DNA of 64,000 nt from Coriobacteriia bacterium (GCA_036504755.1 DASXUP010000004.1:26957-90956), one strand, 5' to 3'. Positions 18,231 to 26,677 are shown, numbered from the stretch's first letter. Notes: generated by a model from the sequence alone, not told the origin. Program-made: numbers and translations.

Positions 18231-19535
18231 CTATCCGCTCACGCCCGCCACCGCGGCGATGCGCTCGCTCGTCGCGCCGCCGCGTCCCTCCAGCACCTCC
18301 GCGTAGACCGCCGCGAGCTCGGCCGCGACGCGCCTCCACGTGAACAGCCCGTTGGCGCGCTTCACGCACTCGCGCGAGAGACGGCGGCGCAACGGCTCGT
18401 CGGCCAGGAGCCGTGCGAGCCTCTCGGCGAGCGCGACGGGGTCGTGCGGCGGGACGAGGAAGCCGGTCTCGCCGTCGGCCACCGAGTACTTCACGCCGCC
18501 GACGGCCGACCCGATGACGGGCGTGCCGCACGCCATCGCCTCCACCGGCGTTATCCCGAAGGGCTCGTACCACGGGCACGTCACGAACACGTCGGCGGCG
18601 CTGTAGTAGTCGCGCAACGCGTCGCGCCCGCGGTTCCCGGTGAAGGTCACCCGCTCCGCCACGCCCTCGTCGTCCGCCACCGCCATGAGGCGGCCGATCT
18701 CGGGGGTCGCCGCCGGATCGGGCGCGCTCGTCTCGCCGCCCACGACCAACAGGCGCGCCGGCACGCCGAGGCCGTGCACCGCTCGGGCGAATCCGCGGAC
18801 GACATCCTCGACGCCCTTGCGCGGCACCATGCGGCCGAGCTGCAGCACGACGCGCTCGTCCGAGGGGAGTCCCAGCCTGCACCGCGCCTCGGCGCGCGGC
18901 ACCGGCCACAGCTCCGCCGGGTCGAATCCGCAGGGCACGACCCGGACCTTGCCGGGATCGGTGCCGTAGAGCCCGGTCAGGTCGTCCTCGTCCTGCGGGC
19001 ATTCGGCGATGACGCGGTCCGCCTCGGCCGCCACGCGTTCCTCGATCTCGAACCGCTCGTCGGGAAAGCCGTCGGCCGCCCCCTGATGCAGGCGGCGCAC
19101 CCGGCCCAGCGCGTGGAACGTCACCACGAACGGCGTCCCGAGCAGCCGTTTCACCTCGGCCGAGACGAGACCGCTCATGAAGAAGTTCGCGTGGAGCAGG
19201 TCGTACGGCCGCCCTTCACGCAGGCAGAAGGCGAGCACGCCGCGCGTGAAGGCGGGCATGTGGGGCAGCAGCTTCTCCTTGCGCACCGTCTCCTGCGGCC
19301 CCGCCGCTATGTGCACCACGCGTGCGCCGTCGCCGAGTCCCACGATCTCGGGGAGCCGCGGGTCGTCACGGCGGGTGAGGACGTCGGCCATCCAGCCGGC
19401 CGCGCCCAGGTGACGAGCGACCTGGTCGACGTAGACGTTCTGCCCGCCGGAGTCGACGCCGCCGAGGGCCGCGAGCGGCGAAGCGTGCTCGCTCACCAGC
19501 GCGATGCGGCCGAGCGGGAGTGCGGCTGCGCTCAT
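18231..19535 (-). CDS. family-4 (GT-B) glycosyltransferase, sucrose-phosphate-synthase/MshA-like N-terminus
   Basis: HASPLAALGGVDSGGQNVYV N-terminus and the EPFGITPVEAMACGTPVI (E-x7-E) motif. ATG 19533-19535 overlaps the upstream stop (ATGA). Confidence 0.8.
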   Translation of the reverse strand: MSAAALPLGRIALVSEHASPLAALGGVDSGGQNVYVDQVARHLGAAGWMADVLTRRDDPRLPEIVGLGDGARVVHIAAGPQETVRKEKLLPHMPAFTRGVLAFCLREGRPYDLLHANFFMSGLVSAEVKRLLGTPFVVTFHALGRVRRLHQGAADGFPDERFEIEERVAAEADRVIAECPQDEDDLTGLYGTDPGKVRVVPCGFDPAELWPVPRAEARCRLGLPSDERVVLQLGRMVPRKGVEDVVRGFARAVHGLGVPARLLVVGGETSAPDPAATPEIGRLMAVADDEGVAERVTFTGNRGRDALRDYYSAADVFVTCPWYEPFGITPVEAMACGTPVIGSAVGGVKYSVADGETGFLVPPHDPVALAERLARLLADEPLRRRLSRECVKRANGLFTWRRVAAELAAVYAEVLEGRGGATSERIAAVAGVSG

Positions 19536-20500
19536 ACCGGCACCGCCACCCTGCCGGTCCGCCCGGCGACTCCCGTCAACACCGCCTGCCAGTCCCGGAC
19601 GAACCGGTCGATGCGGAAGCGATCGAGAGCAGTGTCGCGCGCGGCGCGCCCGAGGCGCAGCGCCTCGGCGCGGTCGTCGACGAGGAAGCGCATGCGGTCG
19701 ATGAGGCGCGCGAGGTCGGTGGAGGCGTAGCCGTTCTCGCCGTCCCGCACGACCGTGGCGTACTCGCAGGTCGCGAGCGCGACGACGGGTATGCCGAGCA
19801 TCATCGCCTCGCACAGCGACAGGCCGAGGCTGGTATAGCGGATCGGGTTGAAGAAGAAGCGGTACTGCGACTCGAGCGCCGGCAGCAGCTGGTGCGGTAC
19901 CTCGCCGAGGCCTCCTAGCTTCTCCGACCCCATGCCCACCAGCTCGAGCGGCACGCTCTGCCTCGCCGTGTCGAACACGTCGGCGCCGAGGCGCCTTCCT
20001 CGCCAGTCCATCCCGTTGACCACCGAGATCCCGCGGTCGAAGTCGCCGGTGTAGCGCACGTCCTCCGGCACGGTCACCCCATGTTCGATGACGGTGGTAG
20101 GCGTTCGTCCGGAGTCCCACATGAGCTCGTTGAAGTGCGTGACGTGGACGAGGAGCACGTCCGGGTCGTCCACGACGTGCTTCGTGTCGGTCGGATGCTC
20201 GCGCGGCGGATCGTGCTCGAGATAGACGCGCGGCAGGCGCAGCTGCGCCGGCGAGAGGATCTCGTAGCGGTCCGTCTCCCAGTTGCGGCGGCTCTGGGAC
20301 AGCACGAGGTCGATCTCGAGATCCGCGACGTCGGCAGCGTCCACCTCGTGGACGTTGTCGGGCCACGCGAACCCGCCGGCGCGGCCCCCGTAGCCCTCGG
20401 GACGTCCGGCCTTGACCGGCAGGTAGAACTCGACCGGCACGTGGGCCAGGTAGAACAGGTAGTTGCCGTGGACGTGCCACGTCAGTACTCGCAGCGGCAT
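19532..20500 (-). CDS. GT1/GT4-like glycosyltransferase
   Basis: ATG 20498-20500 preceded by GGAGGGAGGGA. C-terminal ...SLGLSLCEAMMLGIPVV...G.NG resembles a GT-B C-terminal domain; the N-terminal half was not recognised. Confidence 0.6.
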   Translation of the reverse strand: MPLRVLTWHVHGNYLFYLAHVPVEFYLPVKAGRPEGYGGRAGGFAWPDNVHEVDAADVADLEIDLVLSQSRRNWETDRYEILSPAQLRLPRVYLEHDPPREHPTDTKHVVDDPDVLLVHVTHFNELMWDSGRTPTTVIEHGVTVPEDVRYTGDFDRGISVVNGMDWRGRRLGADVFDTARQSVPLELVGMGSEKLGGLGEVPHQLLPALESQYRFFFNPIRYTSLGLSLCEAMMLGIPVVALATCEYATVVRDGENGYASTDLARLIDRMRFLVDDRAEALRLGRAARDTALDRFRIDRFVRDWQAVLTGVAGRTGRVAVPV

Positions 20501-20520
20501 CTTCGTCCCTCCCTCCGTCG

Positions 20521-21606
20521 TCAGGCGGCCGTCAGCACGGCCTTCTCGAGCAGTCGTCTCGCGTGCCCGACAACCTCCTCCGGCGGTATGTCCAGGCAGC
20601 CCATCTCGAAGGGGCAGTCGAACGCGTAGCAGGGCGAGCAGGCGGTAGGCCGGCGCAGCAGCACCGCTCCGGTCGTGCGCGGCCGCCACTGCTCCTCCAG
20701 CTCCGTCCCGGAGAACAGCACGACGGTGGGCCGCGCGAAGGCGTCCGCGATGTGCATCGGGCCCGAGTCGTTGGTGATGACGATCGAGCTGCGGTGGATC
20801 ACCGCGGCCTGCTCGGCGACGGTCGCGCGCCCTACGAGGGAGTGCACGGGGTAGCCGCGCGTCAGCGCCAGGAACGCCTTCGCCTGTCCCGTCTCCCGCT
20901 CGCCGCCCAGTACCGCGGCGGGCACGCGCATCTCCGAGGTGAGACGTCGGAGTACCTCGGCGTACCGCTCCGGGGCGTAGGACCGCGCCGCGCAGGTGGC
21001 GAAGGGCGCGACGGCGACGAACGGGCGGTCGGCGTCGATGCCCGCCCCGCGCAGAAGGCTCCGGGCGGCCGCGTCGGTGTCGGAGGGGACCGCCAGCTCG
21101 AGCTCGCGCCCCGCCGTCTCGAAGCCCGCCTGCTCCAGCAGGTGGAGGTTGCGGTCCACCTGATGGGCGCTCTTCGGCGGCGGCTGCACCCACTGGGTGA
21201 GCAGGCCGCCGCCGAACTCGTGGGACTGCCCCAGGCGGATCGGGATCCCGGCGCGCCAGCACACGTATGCGGGAGGCCACGGCGACTGCGAGAAGCTCGT
21301 GAGGATCACGGCGGCGTCGAAGTGTCCTTCGCGCAGCTCCTCGACGAGACGCTCGTCGGCGGAAGCGTCCTGCGGGACCGCCCCCCAGAGGTCCTGCCAC
21401 ACCGCGCGGTGCGTCAGCACGCGGTCCACCGGCGGCAGCAGCGGCGCTATCCGGCTGCCGGCGGGCGAGGCCATCATGGTGATCCGCGCGTCGGGCAGGG
21501 CGTTCTCGATCGTGCGCAAGGCCGGGCCCGTCATGACGACGTCCCCGACGTTGTCGAGGCGCACGACCAGCACCTCGCGCACGTGCTGCCATCCGTCAGG
21601 CGACAC
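20521..21606 (-). CDS. family-9 glycosyltransferase (heptosyltransferase-like), Cys-rich tail
   Basis: VLVVRLDNVGDVVMTGPALRTI, TNDSGPMHIADAFARPTVV, tail ACSPCYAFDCPFEMGC. Confidence 0.75.
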   Translation of the reverse strand: MSPDGWQHVREVLVVRLDNVGDVVMTGPALRTIENALPDARITMMASPAGSRIAPLLPPVDRVLTHRAVWQDLWGAVPQDASADERLVEELREGHFDAAVILTSFSQSPWPPAYVCWRAGIPIRLGQSHEFGGGLLTQWVQPPPKSAHQVDRNLHLLEQAGFETAGRELELAVPSDTDAAARSLLRGAGIDADRPFVAVAPFATCAARSYAPERYAEVLRRLTSEMRVPAAVLGGERETGQAKAFLALTRGYPVHSLVGRATVAEQAAVIHRSSIVITNDSGPMHIADAFARPTVVLFSGTELEEQWRPRTTGAVLLRRPTACSPCYAFDCPFEMGCLDIPPEEVVGHARRLLEKAVLTAA

Positions 21607-22624
21607 GTTCGTCCCTCCTCCCGAGCTGATGCTCCACGGCGCGAACGATGTTCGAGGTGGACCCCTGCACGGCGAGGTGCAGCTCGCGGTCGAGCGGTGC
21701 CCACCGCGCTGGGTCCGACCCCGAGAAGACCACTACGCTCGGCACGCGCAGCGCGGCGGCGATGTGCGAGACCCCCGTGTCGTTGCAGAGCACGAGCCTG
21801 GCTGCGTCCATGAGGGCGCCCAGCGCGCCGAGAGTCGTGCGGCCGACGAGGTCGAGCGGCCTCGCGCGCATCGCCGACGCGACGGCCGAGACCACGGGCT
21901 CGTCGCCGCGCACCCCGGTCAGCACGACCTGCAGGCCCTCGGCCGCAAGGCGGTCCGCCGCTCGCGCGAAACGCTCCGCCGGCCAGCGGCGCGATCCGTG
22001 GCTCGCGCCGGCGTGCACGATCGCGTACGCGCCGCCGAGGACATCGCCGGTGGAGAGCGCGAGAGCGGCGCGATCCTCGGCCGTCACGGGCCACTCGAGG
22101 TCCTCCCCGGTGTCGGGCATGCCGAGGAAGCGCGTCAGCGACGTCAGCCGCCGCAGCTCGTGCAGCCCGTCGGGATAGGGGATGAAGGCGCGGCTGGGCC
22201 GGTACGCGCCGGGAAGGTAGGATCCAGCGTTCTCCGACGCGCCGAGCAGGACGGTGAACGGGTTGGTCACGGAGCCGTTCCCGTGCATCTGCAACGCGAG
22301 GTCGAAGTGTCGCGCCTGGACCTCGGCGAGGAAGGGGGCTAGCGCCTCGACGGCCGGAGGGACCTCCGGGATCCCGGGGAAGCCCGGGAACGGCACGAGC
22401 TCGTCGAGGTAACGAGGGAAGCGGTCCACCATCTCCCGCGCCCACGGCAGCCCGACGAGCGCCACGTGCGTCTCCGGCAGCCCGGCCCGAAGCGAGCGCA
22501 AGGCGGGCACAGCGCACAGCATGTCGCCTATCCCGGCGAGAGCGCGCACCACGGCGACGGAGCGCGCGGACGTGTAGCGTGGCGTCGCGGACGGCACTGG
22601 CGTGAGTCCCCCTGCTTCCTTCAC
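21596..22624 (-). CDS. family-9 glycosyltransferase (heptosyltransferase-like)
   Basis: VAVVRALAGIGDMLCAVPALRSL, CNDTGVSHIAAALRVPSVV. GTG start at 22622-24 as in the track; the true start may be further in. No Cys-rich tail. Confidence 0.7.
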   Translation of the reverse strand: MKEAGGLTPVPSATPRYTSARSVAVVRALAGIGDMLCAVPALRSLRAGLPETHVALVGLPWAREMVDRFPRYLDELVPFPGFPGIPEVPPAVEALAPFLAEVQARHFDLALQMHGNGSVTNPFTVLLGASENAGSYLPGAYRPSRAFIPYPDGLHELRRLTSLTRFLGMPDTGEDLEWPVTAEDRAALALSTGDVLGGAYAIVHAGASHGSRRWPAERFARAADRLAAEGLQVVLTGVRGDEPVVSAVASAMRARPLDLVGRTTLGALGALMDAARLVLCNDTGVSHIAAALRVPSVVVFSGSDPARWAPLDRELHLAVQGSTSNIVRAVEHQLGRRDERVA

Positions 22625-22728
22625 ATGCCCGCCGCGGCGTCGTCGGCGGGTAACGGCAGGAGGTGTTCCTACCCTCGGCCGAAGGAGGTAAACCTGTAAT
22701 GTTTTCCCTGGTCAGAGGGCCTGTACAG

Positions 22729-23805
22729 TCAGACAGGCCTCCGAGGCGGCGAAGCGTTCAGGAGCTCCAGGGCAGCAGCAGCGACCTCGCTGACGGGGAC
22801 GTCGGCGACGAAGCTCGCGTCGTGGCCGCAGCCGTCCGCCATGCAGTCCGCGCCGCAGGCCGGGCACTCGAGACGCCACGCCGCGAAGGCGCGATGACGC
22901 GCGACGGTCGCGGGGCCGGCGTTGACGAGGTTCCCGCACCAGTAGACTCCTACCGTCGCGGCGCCGACGGCGTTCGCCAGGTGCAATGGCCCGGAGTCGT
23001 TGCTCACCACCACCGCGGCGCGACCCAGCATCCCTGCCAGAGCCCGCATGCCGAGAGCGCCGCAGAGGTCGGCCGCGGAGGGCACGGCGGCGGCGATCGC
23101 CGCGGTCAGAGCGCTCTCGGGCGGCGTGCCGATGACGGCGAGCCGGGCGCCCGCGGCGGCGAGCTCGCGTCCCACCTCGGCGAACTTGGCCGCCGGCCAG
23201 CGGCGCCGCGGATCGCCGGCGCCCGGATGGAGGACCGCCAGCGGCCGGCCGTCGGGCGGCAGCGCCGTGCCGGCCGCCGACTCGTCGGCCGACGTGAGCC
23301 GCACGCGCGGCTCGAGCGAGACCGCCGAGGCGCCCACCAGGCCCGCGACCTCCAGGCCGCGGGCCACCTCGGACTGGAAGTGGACGTAAGGCGCCGTGCG
23401 GTCGAGCGGTGGTGCGCCGGGCGCGCGGAGGCCGGCGGTCAGCCGGGCTCCGAGCCGGGCTGTGAGCGGGTTGCTGTTCGCGCCGCCGCCGTGCATCTGC
23501 AGGGCGAGGTCGAATCGCTCGCCGCGCACCCGCTCACAGAACGCCTCCAGGCGCGCCCGCGCCTCCGGGGCTTGCGCCTCGTCGCCCTCGAACGCCGGCA
23601 CGACGAGAACGGCGTCGGCGTCCGAGGGCCGCCCGCGCAGCAGCTCGGCGGCGAGGCGCGACGTGAGGAGCACGATCTCGGCGCTCGGATACGCCGCCCT
23701 CAGCGCCTCGAGCGCCGGCAAGCCGAAGATGACGTCGCCGAGACCGCCGGCCTTCAGCACGGCTATCCGGGCGACGCCGGGGAGGTTGTCGGGCGCGTGG
23801 AGCAT
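22729..23805 (-). CDS. family-9 glycosyltransferase (heptosyltransferase-like), Cys-rich tail
   Basis: IAVLKAGGLGDVIFGLPALEAL, SNDSGPLHLANAVGAATV, tail ECPACGADCMADGCGH. ATG 23803-23805; the upstream part of the track ORF is shadow. Confidence 0.7.
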   Translation of the reverse strand: MLHAPDNLPGVARIAVLKAGGLGDVIFGLPALEALRAAYPSAEIVLLTSRLAAELLRGRPSDADAVLVVPAFEGDEAQAPEARARLEAFCERVRGERFDLALQMHGGGANSNPLTARLGARLTAGLRAPGAPPLDRTAPYVHFQSEVARGLEVAGLVGASAVSLEPRVRLTSADESAAGTALPPDGRPLAVLHPGAGDPRRRWPAAKFAEVGRELAAAGARLAVIGTPPESALTAAIAAAVPSAADLCGALGMRALAGMLGRAAVVVSNDSGPLHLANAVGAATVGVYWCGNLVNAGPATVARHRAFAAWRLECPACGADCMADGCGHDASFVADVPVSEVAAAALELLNASPPRRPV

Positions 23806-23840
23806 GCGGCCTTTGTTCCCGGCCGCGCACGAAGCGTGCG

Positions 23841-25325
23841 TCAGTCGCCGGGAACGGAGCTCAGCGCCTTCACGGCGATCGGCGTGAGCGCTCCCGTCAC
23901 GGGGTCGACTCGCGTGATCCGATGGTGGTTCGTGTCCGCGACGAACACGCCCTCGGGACCGGCCCACACCCCGCCGGGCTCGTACAGCGCCTCGCCCGAG
24001 CCGGCGTCGCCCGGCAGCGTCTCGCACCGGCGTGTCTGCGGGTCCACGACCTTCAGCTTCGAGTTGTACGTGTCCGCCACCAGGAGCTTCCCGTCATGCA
24101 TGGTCAGGTCGAGGTCATGCTGCAGCAGAGCCTCGTCGCCCAAGCCGTCGCGGTCACCGAAGTCGAACAATCCCGTGCCCACGATCGTCCCGACCTCGCC
24201 TCGCCTCATCCATCGCACGGCCGAGGATTCCGAGTCGGCGAAGTACAAGCGGCGGTCGCCGATCACGAGCCCGCTCGTCTGCGCGAGAGTGGCGGAGCGC
24301 GAGCGTCCGTCCGAGATGTTCTCGCCGCCGGAGCCGGCGGCGAGCGAGAGCCGGTGCTCCGGGCTCGAGAGGTCGGCCGCCCAGATCTGATGGCTGCCCG
24401 CCATCGCGACGTACAGCGCCTCACCGTCGAGCGCCAGGCCCCACGGCGAGCGCAACTCCGTCTCCCGCCCCGGTCTCTCCTCGGCGATACGGTACCCGCC
24501 CAGCTCGCCGGAGCCGGCGATCGTCGTCACCCGCCCGTCCTCCAGCGAGACGGCGCGGATGGCGTGGTTACGCCGGTCGGCCACGTACAGCACTTTGGCG
24601 CCCAGCGCCAGCCCCTGCGGCTCGCTGAAGCGCGCCACGCTCGGCGGCCCGTCGAGGAATCCGTCCTCTCCGTCGCCGAAGATGCGCAGCACGGACGCCT
24701 CGGCCGGTCCTTCGAGCCGCAGCTCCACCACGCGGTGGTGCCCGGAGTCCGAAACGTAGACGCGCTCTCCCGAGGCGACCACCCGAGTCGGGTAGCGCAG
24801 CTCGCCCGACGGTTCCGGAAGCGCCGCCGGATCCGCGCCGAAGTCAGGCGGGTCCCGCCGCAGGAGGCCGTCGCCCTCGTAGCGTTCCGCGAGCCGGCCG
24901 ACGGTCTCCGCCATCCTCTCGACCTCGAACTCGCCCGCCTGCGTTTGGACCAGGTATCCGTCCGGCGAGACGAGCGCGACCGTGGGCCACGCGCTCACGG
25001 AGTAGCTGCGCCAGACGCGATAGTGCCTGTCGTTGACTACCGGATGACGTACGCCGAGGCGCGAGCACGCCTCTCTGATGTTCGCGGTCTTGCGTTCCTC
25101 GGCGAACTTGCCCGCGTGTACACCGATGACCACCAGCGCGTCGCCGAACCGCTTCTCGAGCTCCGCCGCACGGGGGAGCACGTGCATGCAGTTGATTCAA
25201 CCGTAGGTCCAGAAGTCGAGCAGCACGATACGGCCCCGCAGATCCGGGAGCCCGAGCGGGCGGGACGTTCCGATCCAGTCGAGTCCCTCCAAGAAGTCCG
25301 GCGCCCGCACGCTGAAGTGGTCCAT
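23841..25325 (-). CDS. thioredoxin-fold (redoxin) + NHL-repeat protein with in-frame UGA at the CxxC position (candidate selenoprotein, UxxC)
   Basis: The track ORF starts at Met-25187. The same frame continues upstream through TGA 25197-25199 to ATG 25323-25325 (GGGAGG SD, 7-nt spacer), giving [51 protein letters not shown].... The C-terminal ~330 aa carry NHL-like repeats (e.g. [55 protein letters not shown]). Confidence 0.7.
25163..25191 (-). promoter_or_regulatory. SECIS-like hairpin 5 nt downstream of the UGA
   Basis: mRNA CUGC-A-UGCACG-[UGCUCCCC]-CGUGCG-GCGG forms 10 bp (two G-U wobbles) with one bulged A and an 8-nt loop containing G. The loop begins 17 nt after the UGA. Confidence 0.45.
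25197..25199 (-). other. in-frame UGA codon (candidate selenocysteine codon)
   Basis: Plus-strand tca at 25197-25199 is TGA on the minus strand, 42 codons after ATG 25325 and 3 codons before the retained Cys (U-I-N-C). Confidence 0.6.
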
Positions 25326-25452
25326 GATATCGCCTCCCGAATTCACCTCGGCCGGTAAGGGTATCTCCAGTTCTGGGCGGCGTCACACGCCGCAAAGCCA
25401 GGGTGTATGCTTCTTCCAGGAGCTGCGCTCACCGTCCCACGGGGGAGGCCGG

Positions 25453-26157
25453 ATGGGGGAGAGCCACCGGATCGCGTTCCGGATGAAGGCCTCGTGCGAG
25501 CGGGTGACCGGTTTCCGCTTCGACAAGCCGGACGGCTACACGTTCGTCCCCGGGCAGTACTTCCGCCTGACCCTAATGACTGCCGAGGGTGAGCAGACGA
25601 AGTCGTTCTCCCATGCGAGCGCCCCCCTCGACCCCTTCGTCGAGATGGCGACCCGCATGACGGGCTCTCCCTTCAAGAACGCGCTCGACGGGCTCGTTCG
25701 CGGCGACGAGGTCTCGATCGACGGACCGTACGGGAAGCTCGTCGTCCCCGACGGCATCGCCCAGGTGTGCCTTCTCGCCGGCGGTGTCGGAGTGACGCCG
25801 GCGCGGAGCATCATCCGCGACGCCGAGCAGCGCCGCAGCGGCCTTCGCTCGCGCCTCTTCTACGGCAACCACGATCAAGGCTGCATCCCGTACTCGGGGG
25901 AGTTCGCCGACTACGCGAGGCGGGATCGCCGGTTCCAGGTTGTTCACGTGCTCGAGGACCCGCTGCCCGGCTGGGCGGGCGAGCGCGGGCTCATCACCGC
26001 CGGGCTCGTGCGCCGCCACATCGATCCGCTAGACGGCTGGACGTTCCTCGTGAGCGGCCCCCCGGCCATGGTGAAGGCGATGCGCGCCGTGCTCGAGGAG
26101 CTGGCGGTGCCCGCGGACAGGATCACATTCGAGGACTTCGCGGGCTACGCGGGCTGA
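25453..26157 (+). CDS. ferredoxin-NADP reductase-like FAD/NAD(P)-binding oxidoreductase
   Basis: GGGGGAGG SD before ATG 25453. KSFSHAS (RxYS-type FAD motif) and LLAGGVGVTP NAD(P)-binding motif. Divergent from the Trx/NHL gene. Confidence 0.75.
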   Translation: MGESHRIAFRMKASCERVTGFRFDKPDGYTFVPGQYFRLTLMTAEGEQTKSFSHASAPLDPFVEMATRMTGSPFKNALDGLVRGDEVSIDGPYGKLVVPDGIAQVCLLAGGVGVTPARSIIRDAEQRRSGLRSRLFYGNHDQGCIPYSGEFADYARRDRRFQVVHVLEDPLPGWAGERGLITAGLVRRHIDPLDGWTFLVSGPPAMVKAMRAVLEELAVPADRITFEDFAGYAG

Positions 26158-26236
26158 AGCCACCGCGACCCCTTGCCCGCGGATGGGTAGGAATCCCAGT
26201 GTGGATTCCCGCGTTGTTCCGAAGGGGGTCGTCACC

Positions 26237-26677
26237 GTGGAGATTCTGAAGAGGACATGCCGTTACGAGCGCATGAACGTACAGCGGATCTTCGCTCGCG
26301 GGTTCGTCATCGGCGGAGGGGGCGTTTGGATCATCGCCGCACTCGGGTCCCCGTACGGCATCCGCACCGTCAGCGTTCTGACCTCGGCCGTCAACTCCGT
26401 CGCCCTGCTCGCGCTGACCGTTGCGGTGTTCGTCCTCGGCTTGTTCTACGAGCAGCTCACCGGTGTGCTGCTTCTCGCGGGTGCGGTCGCCGCCTCGCTC
26501 TACGGCCTGGCGACGGGTTGGGAGCCGGGCGTGTGGGTGACGATGACCGCGGTGCTGATCGGACCCATGCTGGTGGCCGGGGCTCTCTTCTCCCTCGCGG
26601 CGCGGATGCAAGACGTCTGCGAGCACCAGGAGACCGGCCGGGCGCGCGAGCCTGCCGCCCCTGCGAGCGGCGTCTAG
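26237..26677 (+). CDS. integral membrane protein (unknown function)
   Basis: 4 TM helices. Start uncertain: GTG 26237 with an AAGGGGG SD, or ATG 26273; the track start is 26183. Confidence 0.5.
   Translation: MEILKRTCRYERMNVQRIFARGFVIGGGGVWIIAALGSPYGIRTVSVLTSAVNSVALLALTVAVFVLGLFYEQLTGVLLLAGAVAASLYGLATGWEPGVWVTMTAVLIGPMLVAGALFSLAARMQDVCEHQETGRAREPAAPASGV

Noticed and set aside
22625-22728. AT-richer 104-nt gap between two GT9 genes with a strong plus-strand GAAGGAGG-N9-ATG and a 7-bp hairpin CCCGCCG...CGGCGGG (22628-22650). I considered a plus-strand small gene or an internal terminator.
   Set aside because: The plus-strand ORF it would initiate (22663-24390) is an antisense shadow of the GT9 and NHL genes. 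The hairpin abuts the downstream GT9 start codon and has no U-tract, so at most it is a weak internal attenuator, and the evidence is insufficient.
13436-23805. Interpreting the hldE/gmhB/GT9 cluster as an ordinary LPS inner-core locus, implying a diderm organism.
   Set aside because: No lpx, kdo/waaA, lpt or O-antigen export genes are in the window, and MurT/GatD and CWB2 point to a monoderm-type wall. This cannot be excluded without the rest of the genome, so it is reported as an open question instead.
25188-25325. Reading the TGA-interrupted Trx/NHL gene as a pseudogene, or as a simple N-terminally shorter gene.
   Set aside because: This is not fully excluded. I disfavour it because there is only one stop, it falls exactly on the catalytic Cys position with the partner Cys retained, both flanks keep coding character, and a suitably spaced hairpin follows. 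It is kept as the refutation route in the finding.
24844-25395. 183-aa minus-strand ORF overlapping the region of the in-frame TGA, as an alternative explanation for coding potential upstream of Met-25187.
   Set aside because: It is in a different frame, gives an Arg/Gly-rich nonsense-like sequence, and lacks an SD. The frame containing the TGA instead yields a textbook redoxin beta1/active-site segment with SD plus ATG.
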